64,000 nucleotides of DNA. Source: Amoebophrya sp. A120 (lineage: Eukaryota; Protista; Dinoflagellata). Under the pieces are notes generated by a model, which made no database searches, was not told the origin of the DNA, and saw only the letters and a list, made by a program, of their open reading frames with translations. This document shows, piece by piece, positions 51,810 through 64,000 of the stretch. The stretch is taken from assembly GCA_905178155.1 (NCBI GenBank), contig CAJINV010000012.1, forward strand, positions 1,430,492-1,494,491, written 5' to 3'. Made by a program: the position numbers and the translations under genes. Each line of letters opens with the position of its first letter. The first letter of the stretch is position 1.

Positions 51810-54241
51810 GCTGGATTTTGGAACAAATAAGATAAGGAATATCAGTCTAGTAGTGTGGTCCCGATAACGTCTATCTATTCTGAAGCAACTTTTCGTCTAT
51901 TACAATGGTGTTTGAGTGACATGACAAAGTGGACTACTAGGACGAACAACGGCTTTCGCGATTTTTCGGGTTTTCAGTTTTTTCTCCCCCAAAAGAAGAA
52001 ACGGAGACTCGATTTTCGTGTGGCAGCGATACTATTACGGTGTAGTACATGTTATCGCGCCAGAGTCTAGATGATTTGAAGCGACAGTAGTTGATTTTCA
52101 GGGAACCTTTTTTATGAAATTTTTGATTCGCAGCAGGCGCGCCTGTAATGTTGCACCCAGGACACACGACACTTCTCAAAACCTCATCGATGTACTACGC
52201 ATCAGGGGTTTTTGGAGTTGTGCGAAGGAAAGTTTACAGAAACGATGCAATGGCACGGTGGTTGGTGTCCGCTTGTCGCGATATCGAAAGATTTTTTATG
52301 ACGTCTTTTAGTATAGCTACATTTACCAAAGATTTGTTATTTCAAGTTTACAAGAACATCTAAATCGCGATACTCGTTGCTCAAGAAATTTGAGTCACAA
52401 AAATTTTTATCGTTTCTATTCTTCTTCTAAATCCTATATCAGTCTTCAAGGAGCAGCTATGCAGATATGGCTTCTGATCGATATCTGGCAGCTTTCTGGA
52501 CTTGAGTTATTTGTCACAAATAGCCCATATATTCTTTTATCACACATCATTAATGTATTTCTCAAGCAAAGAACTACAAATAGGTCCGTTTGTACGTATT
52601 TGTTCCCTATTTAAGTGTTACTTTAGCTTTTCCCAAGAAGTTTTAGTCGTTTTTAGCAAAACACCAAGTTGTACTACCAGCGTCTCTGTCAGTTTAGTCT
52701 TTTTCGCAAGATTCTCTATTCGGAATTGACTTCACTGTTTTTTAATCGATCTGTGTATTTGGACTTCGAAAAGTCGATCCATATTTTTACGTATTCGAAA
52801 GATCTGCGCGATGAGTCAGCAACAGATACGTAGAAATAATTACACTGGAAACAGATCACACGCAATATCGAGGGTTCGCAAAAGGACTTGGGGAAAACTA
52901 TCTCGCTAATGAGCCACAGAACACGCAACAGTAAAAAGAATCAAAAACTACTTTTCAGCGGCTAGGCTCCAGAGATAGGAGCGCAGATGAAAGAACGACT
53001 GGAATAAAGTCCTGAGTCTCCCGATAGAAGTAGAGAGCAGCAGCTTGCTTTGCCTGTTGGCGGAAAAAACATCCTGCGAGAAGTTTCAAGGTCGAGAAAA
53101 GATTCTGCTAGCGTAGTGCGTCTCGGCGGATGGGAACAGCAGGGAAGCTTCTCAATGCAGGCAAGGAGTTCCGCAAGAACAGTGCGTCAATCCAAGTGTA
53201 CAGCACCACGAAAAGCTAAAATTCTCTGCCTCTACTCAAAAGACCATAAAAATCAAATACCAATTGCGTAGTTTTTGGCGCGAAGCTACTGAAAGGTCAA
53301 TGCTACCAGGACGTAATTTGCGTTGAAAGTCTACAACTGGTAGAAGAATATCGCCGTACTTTGTGCCTGTGTTTCAAAACAACAGCTTCGAATTATATCT
53401 GCCTGAGAAAAAAACACATCGGATAGAGGAAAGAAGTGCTTGTTCACTATAGGCTGATACTACTCTTCGGCACGGCAGGGCAGAACTCTAGACCTCGCGA
53501 CACAGAAAGCGGGAGCTGCTTGTCGACTTTTGTGGCAAGATAGTCTCGCCTGTTGTTCGGCCAGGCTAGTACTGCAATAACCGCATTCCTTCCACTTCTC
53601 TGAAGAGTGACGACGCTCGAGAGCGACAGAGTCATTGCACTAACGAGCGGAGGTCGATGCTCTCACGGATGGGAACGCTTGTAAAAATCACACCGCTTTT
53701 CTTGCTCGACGCATATGAGCGCTGTGATGAGCATTGAAAAATATCACACGACTAAGAAAAAACTTTGAGGCGTATAAGAGCTTGGATATGGGAGCGAGTT
53801 TCTATCGCTAGGAAAGCGCTGGAGACAATAAAGTACAAAACAATTGAATTGGCTGTGCTGAAAATTGGCTTGTCGCTCACAGTTTTTCTTGATGAGTGGT
53901 AAGAAAGCTCCACTTTGTGTTCAGCAGCGGCGCAAAAGAATAGTACGCACTGAGAGATCATCTTCATGAGGGTCAGAGCGGGTTGAGTGAAGGGCGGATG
54001 AATGGAGAGCGGGAAATCAATACAACAACCACTACTTGTGGTGGATGAAAGTAAGTGCGCTGAAGAGCGCAGAAGTTTGGACAAAAGAAAGAGAGAGCTA
54101 CTCCATCGTATCTTCTGCGTCAGTCAACTTATTTCCAGGTGCGAGTCGGTTGGATCCTGCTCTGGAGCAACGCTTGTACACCAACAGAAGCAGTAGATTT
54201 TGCTACCAAAAACTTCGCGAAACTTCCCTGTTAGACAAAAA

Positions 54242-56763
54242 ATGGCCGCCCCTCTCACGGAGCGTGAGCAGAAGGTCTACCTCGCAAAGCTATGTGAGCA
54301 GGCGGAAAGGTATGCAGTGCGACGACAGCGCCCCCCTGCCCATTTTTTCCGCGGTTTGTATCCATAACTGGGGAGATGAGCATGTAACGCTCTCATCGCG
54401 ATCTTGAAGGGATGAGCAAGTTCTCGGGAAAATACTTTCATGACAGGCACTTGTTAAAATGTTTGGTATTCGCTTAATGTCCGCACGTAGTACGTCGGCA
54501 CCTCTTTGCAGCTTTTGATGACAATAAACCACCGAAGTTGCTGCATTGGGGGGGGCATTGTTTCACTGAATAGCACGTACGACGAGATGAGCAATTACAT
54601 GCGAGAGGTGGGATATGAGAGTGCGCAACCCTCCCTCTCCCTCATTTGTAATGCAAAAATGCTAAATCCTGTGTAAGCCTTTTGGCTGTGTTTGCATGGC
54701 AAGTTCTGGAACCTCAAAGTGCACAGTGCTCCGTGTATAGATTTGTAATGCAGAGACTGCATTACCATATAGGCGGTTTCAGTTTCTGTTGCTAGAAATG
54801 CACTACAAATGAGGGGGAGGTGGAGTTGTGTACTGTCATATGGGAGAAATGGAGGAGGAGCTCAACGCAGAGGAAAGGAATTTGCTGTTTATCAGATAGA
54901 AAAAAAATCTGGGCTGGTTCTTCTCATGCACGATACTTTTGTTTTTTGTTCACTGGGCAGCATGGTGTGTTGTTCGCTTCAAACGAAAGAGGTCGCACTG
55001 GAACGAAAAAGAGTACTTAGTGCAGCGCATGGCTACTAAAGCTGCGACGTGTCTGTAGTGACACTGTTCGAATGAGTTTTCAGAAGCAATAAAGAGACTG
55101 AGAAAGTAGATTTTGTGCGGTCCACCGGATTTCAAATTTTCCCTCCATACTCGCTGTCGCATACAAGAATTCCGTCGGTTACCGAAGAGCAGCTTGGAGA
55201 GTGGTATTGAGAATGATTTCGTTTCGACGAAGATCACAGTTCATCATCTTCCGGGTTGATAAACCGATTCTTCATGTGCATAACAGTTGTACGACCTTCA
55301 TGTGCATGACAGTTGATCTACCGGTTTCTGACAGATACAATGAACCGTTGCCGCTTTCTGCATGAAAAGTGTTGTAAAAACGACCCAATTATCGCACTCC
55401 ACCAGGTAAATTCGCTGGAACAAAAAGAGCGCTCACGCGGAAACTTTGACAACGCAGCAGCAGCGTAGGAAAGGGCACAGCGTGGTCCCCTCGCCTGGTT
55501 ATTAGGAGGGGATAAAGTACAGCATGTGCATGAGAGACGTCTCCAGGTCCAGACATGACGGCCGTGCATGGCAAGCTCCTGCCGTGACTGTAGACGACTG
55601 TTTGGACTTTCGGCTGAATTTGTGATGCATCAGGAGGTGCCCAAAGGGAGTATCTGAGTGGCACGTTGTGCATGACAAACGAGGGAATTACGTGGGTTGT
55701 GCACTTGCATACCGCAGAGCAATACAAAAAGAAGATTGAGAACGAGCTCGCAAAGATTTGCGACGAGATTTTGAAGCTGATCCGAATGTCGCTGCTCGCA
55801 AAATCATCCACAGGGGAGGACAAGGTGAGGGCATGAAATTTGTCATGCCTTTTTGTTTGTGAGGAGCAAACAAGACAATTTCTCATGCAATTTCCGCAAA
55901 AAAAACTGAAACCACAGGTCTTCTACCTGAAGATGAAGGGGGATTACTACCGATACAAGGCGGAATTCGAGCCGAACGAGCAAAATCTGAAGAACCAAGC
56001 GCAGGGCGCGTATTGAACTTTTGGTTTTTGAGACAACTAGAACTACTACAACCTTGGGGAGTTTTTGTCATGCGCAGTAGAACGATTCAGTGGTGTGTTT
56101 TGTCATGGAGAAACGGTGTCAAGGTCAACACGACAACACTGACTGACAACAGGTACGCGGAGGCAATGTCGCTGGCACAAGCGGAGTTAGTGACAACAAG
56201 CCCGATTCGATTTATCCAAGCAAAATTCATCTGCGTCGTTTTCGGTCGTGTTTACTGTGATGGAGGGGATCAGACCAGTTTATTTTTTTGCAGATCCGTG
56301 CCTTCCTATTTGCTTCTGCTTGCATGATCCTATGCATGAAAACCGATCACCTAAGTAGCATGAAGAACATGCGACATTCCCGACCCGAGACGAGCAGCAG
56401 AAAATTTTGCCCCGGATAAGCCTAGGTCTGGCTTTGAACTTTTCCGTTTTCTACTACGAAGTGCTGAACCGGTCGGATGAAGCGTGCAAGCTCGCGAGAC
56501 AGGTATTAAAGTACATTTTTTCCCTTTCATGTTTCTTTTCATGCATAGCCAGGCATGAGAAAACGAGGTTGTCATGCGCAATCAGAACGATAATGATAAG
56601 CATGCATTTGTTCAAGATTCTTCAACACTGACAGGCCTTCGAGGATGCCATCGCGGAGTTAGATTCCGTAGCAGAGGACGTCTACAAGGATGCGACACTG
56701 ATCATGCAGCTTTTGCGCGACAACCTGACCCTGTGGACGTCGGACGAACAGGGGGCTCTGTAA
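54242..56763 (+). CDS. 14-3-3: 14-3-3 protein (paralog B), 10 exons: 5 TIR introns and 4 GT-AG introns
   Basis: [82 protein letters not shown] introns 55204-55405, 55825-55917, 56010-56152, 56503-56634. Confidence 0.95.
54311..54572. mobile_element. TIR introner in 14-3-3 B
   Basis: TATGCAGTG...GCCCCCC / GGGGGCATTGTTTCACTGAATA; flanks aaagg/gcacg; join gives AERYDEM. Confidence 0.85.
54614..54840. mobile_element. TIR introner family D in 14-3-3 B
   Basis: TSD tggga/tggga. Confidence 0.93.
54890..55149. mobile_element. Degenerate TIR introner in 14-3-3 B
   Basis: TAT...ATA ends; flanks ctgtt/ctcgc; join gives NLLSVAYKN. Confidence 0.8.
55466..55711. mobile_element. Degenerate TIR introner in 14-3-3 B
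   Basis: TAGGAAAGGGCACAGC...CCCTCG / CGAGGG...GTTGTGCACTTGCATA; flanks cagcg/ccgca. Confidence 0.8.
56213..56418. mobile_element. TIR introner in 14-3-3 B
   Basis: TATCCAAGCAAAATT...AATTTTGCCCCGGATA; flanks cgatt/agcct; join gives PIRLGLALN. Confidence 0.87.
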
Positions 56764-58107
56764 AGCTGAGGCGTAAAGAACTTGCAGTGTCTACGAAAGG
56801 AGCGCAAGTATACAGACTTGGAAAATGGAATACCAAACCCGGGTTTTTTTCAGGAGTAGGAGCAGCGAAGATTGCACAGACCGAGACAACATCTTCAGGG
56901 TCTCACACTGTAGAATAGCTTTAGGGTGAGAAGTAACAAGTATGGTGAAAGGTACAGAATGGAGCACAGGCACAGAGACGAAATGCTGTGGAAAGCAAGG
57001 TTTACGCTGATCACGACGGCCTTATAGTGCTTGCTAAAGAATAGCTGAGTTTTTTTCCAAAAGTGTTTTGGTTTCTCAAGAATTCAGATGAGCATACTTA
57101 TCACGTACCATAGTGAAAGAGCAGATGACGGAACAAGACTTCGCTCGCGCAGCTGAATCTTCTTCGCAGCAGGAGCTGCTTGCTGCGAGGCAGCTGACAG
57201 AGGTCTACGACTGAACGGGAGCCTCTGGAGGTGTTTTCGATATTCTTCGAGAAGGAAGGGTTTTCTAAATCCGCTCAAGGAAGCGCAACCAAGCATGCAA
57301 TCCTGGTAACACAATGACCGGTCTTCACTTCAGCAGATGGTGAGCGTAGGTATCGTGAGGATCATCCTCGGCTAGAAGTTTTGCTTAGATCGTCCGCGAG
57401 CAAGTGCCGACACGGATAAAAGGATCTCTTATGCTACTTAATTCTCCGCGGCAAGGGCTACTTTTGTCGATTTTTTTTTCCGTTTCTTTTCCCCTCGAGA
57501 TCAGCAAAAACGGTCTTTATCTTTTGTCCGTTTGCTGTTGCAAAAATGTCGTATTTGTTTCACCAGCGAGAAAACGGCAAATGGCCCGGCACGGCGACTG
57601 ATAGTATCCTATGCGCATTATTGAAGTTCGATTTTTCATAGCACAGATTGTTTCACGCGGCTAGGCACTGAAAAAAAAAGACAAAGAATTAATTCCGCAG
57701 ATAATTTTGAACCGGGTGGTGGATTGCGTGTTAGAACTTCTACAGGAAGATCTTCTACTTCTTTCTTCTTCTACTTAGTCGTGAATCGTATCCGCTACAT
57801 TTTAGAGACTGTTATAGAAAATTTCGATCAAAATCAAGAATGCCTACCCCGACGACCGAGCAGTAGTTTCTCTTGCGACAAGAATAGTCTGCTCCACCTA
57901 CGCTCGTTGTTTGGAGGCAATAAACTGGAACTTACACGTGCGCCTGAAAGAAAAGAAGAAGATCGACTGCGGCACGCGTTATTTCTGCCTGGAGCAGCAA
58001 GTTAGTCTATCTCTGAGCGCCGATCGCTTGAGAAGATAGAAATCAACACCACCGGTGGAAGTTCTGGTACAACAGCAGTGGCCTTGACCCAACGAACTAT
58101 CAGCACA

Positions 58108-61100
58108 ATGGGCTGGGGCAAGCCGGGCAAGGGAAACAACAAGAAGGACAACAAAACCGGCGGGCATCAAAATCAATATGGTGGAGCCGGCGCCTCCTCG
58201 TCCTCTAGTTCCGCCTGGAACAACAATGGAGCTGGTAACAAGGTCGGCGGCAAGGCCGACAGCAAGAAGCAGAACAAAAACGGATCTTCTTCGCCCGAGG
58301 ATGCGGTGGACGTGCGACAGATAACGGAACAAATGACGAATCTCCAGCTGGATCTACTTCCGGAACATGAAAAGTACTGTTTCTATCTAAGTGTACGTCT
58401 TTTTGGACGAGTTACTGACTTCCACGTGGAACTAGATTGGGTTTGAACTTCTGCACAGTGACAGTTTGTGATGCGGCTTTTCGAAAAGAAACGAAAAGCT
58501 ACCCCTGTTTCTCATGCAGAGTTCGCAGTGACGGACCACAATTCTAGAAAATTTTCTCACCTACAGGTGGATGGCCGGTATGAGCGAGCAGGAAATTGAG
58601 GCGGAACGGGAGAAGCAGCAGCGGAGAGAAAAAAAGGCTCAGCAAGCGGTGCAGAACCAGAAAAAGAAGGAAGAAAAACAGCGCCAGAAGGACCAGGAGG
58701 CAAGGCGAAACATGCGGCACTACGATACGCTGTTGTACGGCAAGGCTAGCTACGATCCGGATGACGATTACGACGGCAACTATTACGCTGACCACTACGG
58801 CACCAGCTCTTCGTCCGGCGCGAAGAAGAAGAAGGCGGTTGCCATATCAAAATGAAAAATCCCCCCACCCCATACTCAAACTACAAATTTGTGATGCAGA
58901 TTTGTGGCCACAAATCAGCTTTGTCATGCGAGAAGAGAAAAGATGCGGACTGTAGTGCTGGTTGGCGTGGGAAAGCCTTGCATCTTCAGCATGACAGGGG
59001 GCAGCTGGAAGCGGGAAACAGCATGACAAATTGCCTGCAAACGAGGTCACAGCTGCGTCTCTTGGCCTTCTAGCATTACAAGTTGACAAGTTTCGTTTTC
59101 GATGTGGGGAGGGGGGATTTTTCCTTGTGATATGCCAACGAGTGGAGCCTGCAGGACTACGAGCAGGAGTGGGCGCACATCCTGGATCAGGAGGCGTTGA
59201 AGAAAAAGGGGCAGTACCTATCACAGTGAAAAATGCCCCCACCCCCTCCAAAGTTGCAATAATTTGTAATGCGAAGCTTCCAAATGAAAACTTTTGCTCA
59301 TGCATGAAAGGAATATGAATCTTTGTGATGCAGAGTCTAGGCATATATAGCATTGCTTGCATGACAAGCGCCGCCCTTGCTGGGATCTTTTGCAATACAA
59401 ATTTTCGCTATTCACGATTCCAAATCTGTGATGCTGCTAGATGCAAGCGGGCGAGTGTTTCTCTTGGAAAGGTTTGCAATACAAATGCTCCCAAGTTCGG
59501 TGGTGGGGGCATTTTTCAGTGTTACAGTACCAGATTGACCGGACGAAGCGGATGTTTGTGGAGATCAAGTACAACAACTGCGAGGAAAACCCTCCAGATG
59601 TCGACGGGCCGATTGACATCGAGCGCGTCGTATGCATTGTAAATATATCTGGGTTTGGAAGAATGCATGTTTGTCATGCTTGTCTGGCATGACTCTTACA
59701 TCTGTCATGCACGTTACCCAAGAGCCCGATTTTTCAGTCATGCAGAAACGCAGTTTGTCATGCAGAATAGGCAACACCTAGAACAAGCGCAAAAACTTGT
59801 CATGCTGAGCCAGCACTTGTGGCTTCCTCATGATACGCCACCCAGCATCACAAGTTTCCAGACCCAGACACATTTGCATTTGATACATCGCCTTCCACTG
59901 CCGGTTGTGCCGGAACGCGAAGAAGAAGTACCCGCTGTTCGACAAGGAGCACGAAAACTCCTCCTCGCACCAGAAGGCGGTGCTGGATCGGCAGGAGTCT
60001 ATGGACGTGTTGGAGCACGTATGCATTGCAAATATGTCTGAGTCTGGAGCAATGATAAACTTGTGATGCTAATACATGGATGACAAGCCGACCCGACTAG
60101 GTAGCTATGCATGACAAACTTCATCTGAGGGGTTCTGTAGTGCGTAAGAACCCGCATCACATATAGCGTTTTGCCTGACAATAAGACAGCGCTATTGCAA
60201 AACATGCATCACAAAGTTCAGGGGTATGCGGATTCAGCATTACAAATCTGAAAATCTTCTAGACCCCGACATTTTTGCAATGCATAGCGCGTTCTGGTGG
60301 GCGACTCCGACTTCCGCTGCCTGGAGCCCAGGGAGGGCGCGCCGTACTTGGTCGGGGTGCTGCACTTCGACCAGGTTTACAGCTGGTATGTTGAAACGAG
60401 TTGCACTTTTGCAGTTGTAGTTGTGCTAGCTGAGAAAGTTGCGGGAGCGGTTTAGTGTCATTTGCATATGAGCCAGAAACGGCCAAATCGTCGAATAGCA
60501 GTAGTCCGCTAGTGATGTGGAATGTAGTTTAGGACGTTGAGTTCGTTGTCATTCTTTGTTTCGTTCCAAACCCACCACAGGGCCAACGTGCTGCACATTT
60601 CCTGCCTTCTCTGTGGGAGTCAGCACGACGAACCGATCACGAAAAAGATGCTGCTATCCTAAGTGAGAGTTTACCCACTTCATATTTGGCATGTATATCT
60701 GTATGCTCAGGCTCAGTAGAGTGGGTTTCTCATGCGCAGCCCCATGAAGAGGGTCGCCTCGCCGGGTTTCGAAACTTGTCATGCTCTACTCACGAGCAAC
60801 GTGCTTTAAGAAGTACTGATAGCGAAATTCCCATCTGGATCATGTTGAGAGACGAGTGAATAGCTGGGTGTGTTTTTCCATAGGATAGCAGGAGAAGCAG
60901 CCGTTTGTCTGGGAAGCGCACGAGGGGACGAAAAACCACAAGAAGAAGGTGTGGGCTGTATCCACAGGGAATTTACAACGTACAAATGACGACCATGCAT
61001 GACGAGAGACTTCTCTCAATCCCATTTCGCATCACAAGTTTCATGGATAAGCGCTTGCTCAGTATATTTGTCATGCATTTTCTGCATGGAGAAGTACAAG

Positions 61101-61858
61101 TACGGAGGTGAATTTGTGTTGCATAGGCCTACGACCCAACCTACTGGAAGGACTACGAGAGCGAGAGGAGAAGTGTCGACAAACTGAGACAGCTATCAAG
61201 TACATGCGAAAAAGTGAGGATAGATTCTTTTGTGACAAACGGATTTTGTAAAAGAGCACACGACTGTCAACAAGATAAAATTTTCAAACCAGGTCGCGTT
61301 TTTGCATAAGTACCAGAGAAAAAACGGAGTGATCCAGTTTTGTTATGCAAGAACTGCGCCAAGCTAGATCAGGCTCAGCCCACTATTGAGTAGATCAACA
61401 CGCAGTAGAAAATACAGTGCTAAACTCACTTTTTCGTAGGATAAGACCAGCTGAAAGAAAAGGACCCTCTCATGTATCACGACGGAATGTATGAATTGCA
61501 AATATGTCTGGGTCTGGAAGATTTTGAGACTTGTGATGCACGTTTTGCATGAGCCATGATGTCTGTGATGCATGCCCTAGCGTCACAGATGTTTTGAGGG
61601 CATCTTGATGCCTATTCCGCATGACAAGTGCCCTCTTCGCGTAGCAAAAATTGCATTCCCTTTGCTGCTCATGCAATACAGATTTTTTTGGACTCCAAAC
61701 GCAGCATCACAAGTTGCATTTTTCCAGACCCAGACATTTTTGGATTTGATAGAATGATTGGCGGGGCTATTTTATCCGACGACGAGGACCAATCGACGCT
61801 CCAGGAAGAAGATTACGGCAATGCCTCAACTTACACGGAAAGAAGTTGGAACAGATAG
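58108..61858 (+). CDS. Multi-exon protein with two U1/matrin-type C2H2 zinc fingers
   Basis: After removing 8 TIR introns and GT-AG introns 58374-58566 and 60386-60580: FHCRLCRNAKKKYPLFDKEHENSSSHQK and ISCLLCGSQ...WEAHEGTKNHKKK (CxxC...H-x5-H). Stop TAG 61858. Confidence 0.7.
58845..59132. mobile_element. TIR introner family C
   Basis: TSD tgcca/tgcca; interior is the reverse complement of 388-697. Confidence 0.93.
59219..59526. mobile_element. TIR introner family F
   Basis: Right end ACA; TSD gtacc/gtacc. Confidence 0.9.
59631..59885. mobile_element. TIR introner family A (close copy of 7933)
   Basis: TSD cgtcg/catcg. Confidence 0.92.
60020..60286. mobile_element. TIR introner family A-like
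   Basis: TATGCATTGCAAATATGTC...GACATTTTTGCAATGCATA; TSD gcacg/gcgcg. Confidence 0.9.
60655..60887. mobile_element. Degenerate TIR introner
   Basis: TATCCTA...TAGGATA; flanks gctgc/gcagg; splits zinc finger 2. Confidence 0.72.
60959..61125. mobile_element. Degenerate TIR introner
   Basis: TATCCACAGGGAATTTAC...GTGAATTTGTGTTGCATA; flanks ggctg/ggcct. Confidence 0.72.
61194..61446. mobile_element. Degenerate TIR introner
   Basis: CGAAAAAGTGAG / CTCACTTTTTCG subterminal inverted repeat; flanks acagc/ccagc. Confidence 0.65.
61490..61751. mobile_element. TIR introner family A
   Basis: TSD gaatg/gaatg. Confidence 0.93.
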
Positions 61859-62658
61859 ACGAGGCGTGAAATATTTCTATTTCTGGATTTTCATACATAG
61901 TTTTAGTTTTTGCTGTTACACTTACACTACTGATTCTGAACCCGAAGGAGCAAAAGGAGTTGTCCATCGTGCTACTCAGCCTCGGGGAGGGAATCAATGT
62001 TTTTTGGTGAAAAATACTTAAATTCGATCTAAACATTCATGGATAGCACCGACCTGGTGTAACTAATAATTTTGGCGACAACAAACAAGTAGGACGTGGT
62101 GCAGATCAGCACTTGACGCAGGATTTGGATCTTTCAGGAAAGCGAAATATCATTGTCGTTGTTCAACTCTCTAACGCAAGGTGTACATTCACCCCTTGCT
62201 CTGTCTTTCACCTCCTGCTTTGCGGTCACACAAGATCAGCAACCCTAAGAGAAGGACAGCGCTCCGTGCTGGTTTTTATCACCTTGAGGGTGGGACTGAA
62301 AGGAGAGGTACAATATGGAGAGTGGCACATCTCCGTTTGCGTTGCACAGAGTTCTTCTTCTTTTCTCATTTCACGAGTGTTTTGATCGTGATTTTGGTTT
62401 TCAAAAGACGTGAACAAAGCTATCTGTTTGCGAACAAGACTCGCCACCTCGTCTCTTCCTCGGAAGAAGACCCGGAGGTGGAGGTAGTACTTACTATGGA
62501 AAACAAGATGTAGCGCTCCAGTTCCGAAGGTCAAAACCCGCCTGCGGAGCAGGGCAGCGCTGTTCCGGCCAGGGTACTACCGGAGCAGGGTCCGGTGGAT
62601 TGCTTGTCTTTAATCCGCTGCCAGAACAAACGGCTAGTTCCAAAGCGCGAAGAACGCC

Positions 62659-63900
62659 ATGAGCGACTGGTACAAAAACAAGCGGCGGCGGGCGGCCTTT
62701 CAGAGTCTCCAAAACTCCTGGGCGAGTGTAAGCGGATGAAATGGCGGGTGTTTCGAGACTTCGTGTTGCGGAATTTTGCATGAGGAGCACAGTAGACATA
62801 GGAGGTCTACTACACTAGTACCCTTCGTTGGTGTAAGTCGGGTCTAGCACCATTCAATCCTTGAGGACAAATCAACTAAGATCAATGATAGCACGACAAA
62901 AAAGATCACGCGTTTCTCCCCTCTCCATACGAGCTCTTCTCCGGACCGCCGCGAGGAGCGTTGGGTTCTGACGGTCAGGAGGACCAAGAGGAGGAAGAGG
63001 ACGCCGGACAGCAGCAGCAAAACCCAGAACCGAATTCATCCACCCTGCTAAAGGATGAAAGTAGAACCGCCACAACTTCGGGTGCCGGTGCCACCGATCC
63101 GACAAGTAGAAACGCAGCAACAACTTCTAGTGCTGACACAACAACTACGGGCAAAAATCCTTCCGCGCAGGACATCATCAAAAAATTCGCGGTTGACAAA
63201 ACCCAACTCGACGGGGAGGACTCCGACGACGGGCTGGAGATATGAATCGCAAATATGACTGGGTCTTCTGGAAGACTGTAAGTTTGTCATGCTTGTCTGG
63301 CATGACTCGCAAATCTGTGTTTCCTAGGCACGAAAAGGCCTTCTTACCTGTTATGCAAAAACGCAGTTTGCCATGCCATGCGGAATACGTAACACATGGC
63401 AGCCAAAAAATTTGTCATGCGTAGCTGCGTATTGCAGTACGTCTTTCATTCACTTTTAGCATTACAAGTTTCCAGATATTTGCATTTGATAGGAGAACCT
63501 CCGCGACAAAACGCGACTTCGACCGGCGCAAACGTTTCTCGGGCGGTACAGCATCACGCGAGGGGTTTTGGTGATTGGGTTCACGCACTTGTTTTTCTGT
63601 GTGTTTTTCCTGTGCTCCATCAACAGTACGCACGCACTGAACGTGTTCGGGGTTTCAATCAACGAGAGCACGCAAGTGTGGTTCGGCGCCTGGTTCCTCC
63701 TGGGCATTCCGATCGTGATTGGCGGCGGGATAGGCGTGGTGTACCGGGTGGAATTCCAGTTGCGGCGCTACTACTACTACCTCGTGTTTAACACGAGTTT
63801 CATCGGGTTACACGTCCTCGGGGTGGTGTTCAGCGGACAGCTCTGTAACGCGACGACGTCCCCGTATCTGCGGGAACTGGCGTCGACACTGGTGTGCGGG
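62659..63900 (+). CDS. Multi-pass membrane protein, 3'-truncated by the window
   Basis: ATG 62659 (MSDWYKNKRRR), GT-AG intron 62728-62933, TIR intron 63241-63491, then about three hydrophobic segments. Next intron starts GTAAG at 63901. Confidence 0.6.
63241..63491. mobile_element. TIR introner family A
   Basis: TSD ggaga/ggaga. Confidence 0.9.
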
Positions 63901-64000
63901 GTAAGGATTACTATATTTGTCATGCAAAATTCAGATGGACATGAGCTGCTTGTCATGCAGAATTCACATGACACTTCTGAAAAATCAAATTTACAGTCCA

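Noticed and set aside
62181-62783. Stop-codon readthrough at TAG 62511-62513 linking ORFs 62181+ and 62595+
   Set aside because: ATG 62659 with GT-AG intron 62728-62933 explains the gene with no recoding.

Overview
Eukaryotic, intron-rich genomic DNA, most likely the parasitic dinoflagellate Amoebophrya (Syndiniales). This is inferred from gene content and intron style, not from a database search. About 14 protein genes can be reconstructed, all on the + strand: poly(A)-binding protein, two 14-3-3 paralogs, TIM50, a START-like protein, a U1/matrin-type zinc-finger protein, a tandem pair of Cys-rich proteins and several hypotheticals. The dominant signal is about 56 short (mostly 130-350 bp) non-autonomous TIR elements from at least 7 sequence families, which act as introns (introners). 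Nearly all start TAT and end ATA, are flanked by a 5-bp target-site duplication (TSD) of arbitrary sequence, and sit inside coding sequence in either orientation. Removing the element plus one TSD copy restores the reading frame. Most cannot be GT-AG introns in any register. Decayed TSDs in conserved proteins suggest a fixed cut 1 nt outside the left TIR and 4 nt outside the right TIR. Intermediates suggest a route from these elements to ordinary GT-AG introns. Nested elements, empty sites in a tandem paralog and three anomalous GC-rich inserts are also visible. All coordinates and joins were read by eye. Most short ORFs in the supplied track are artefacts of these repeats.
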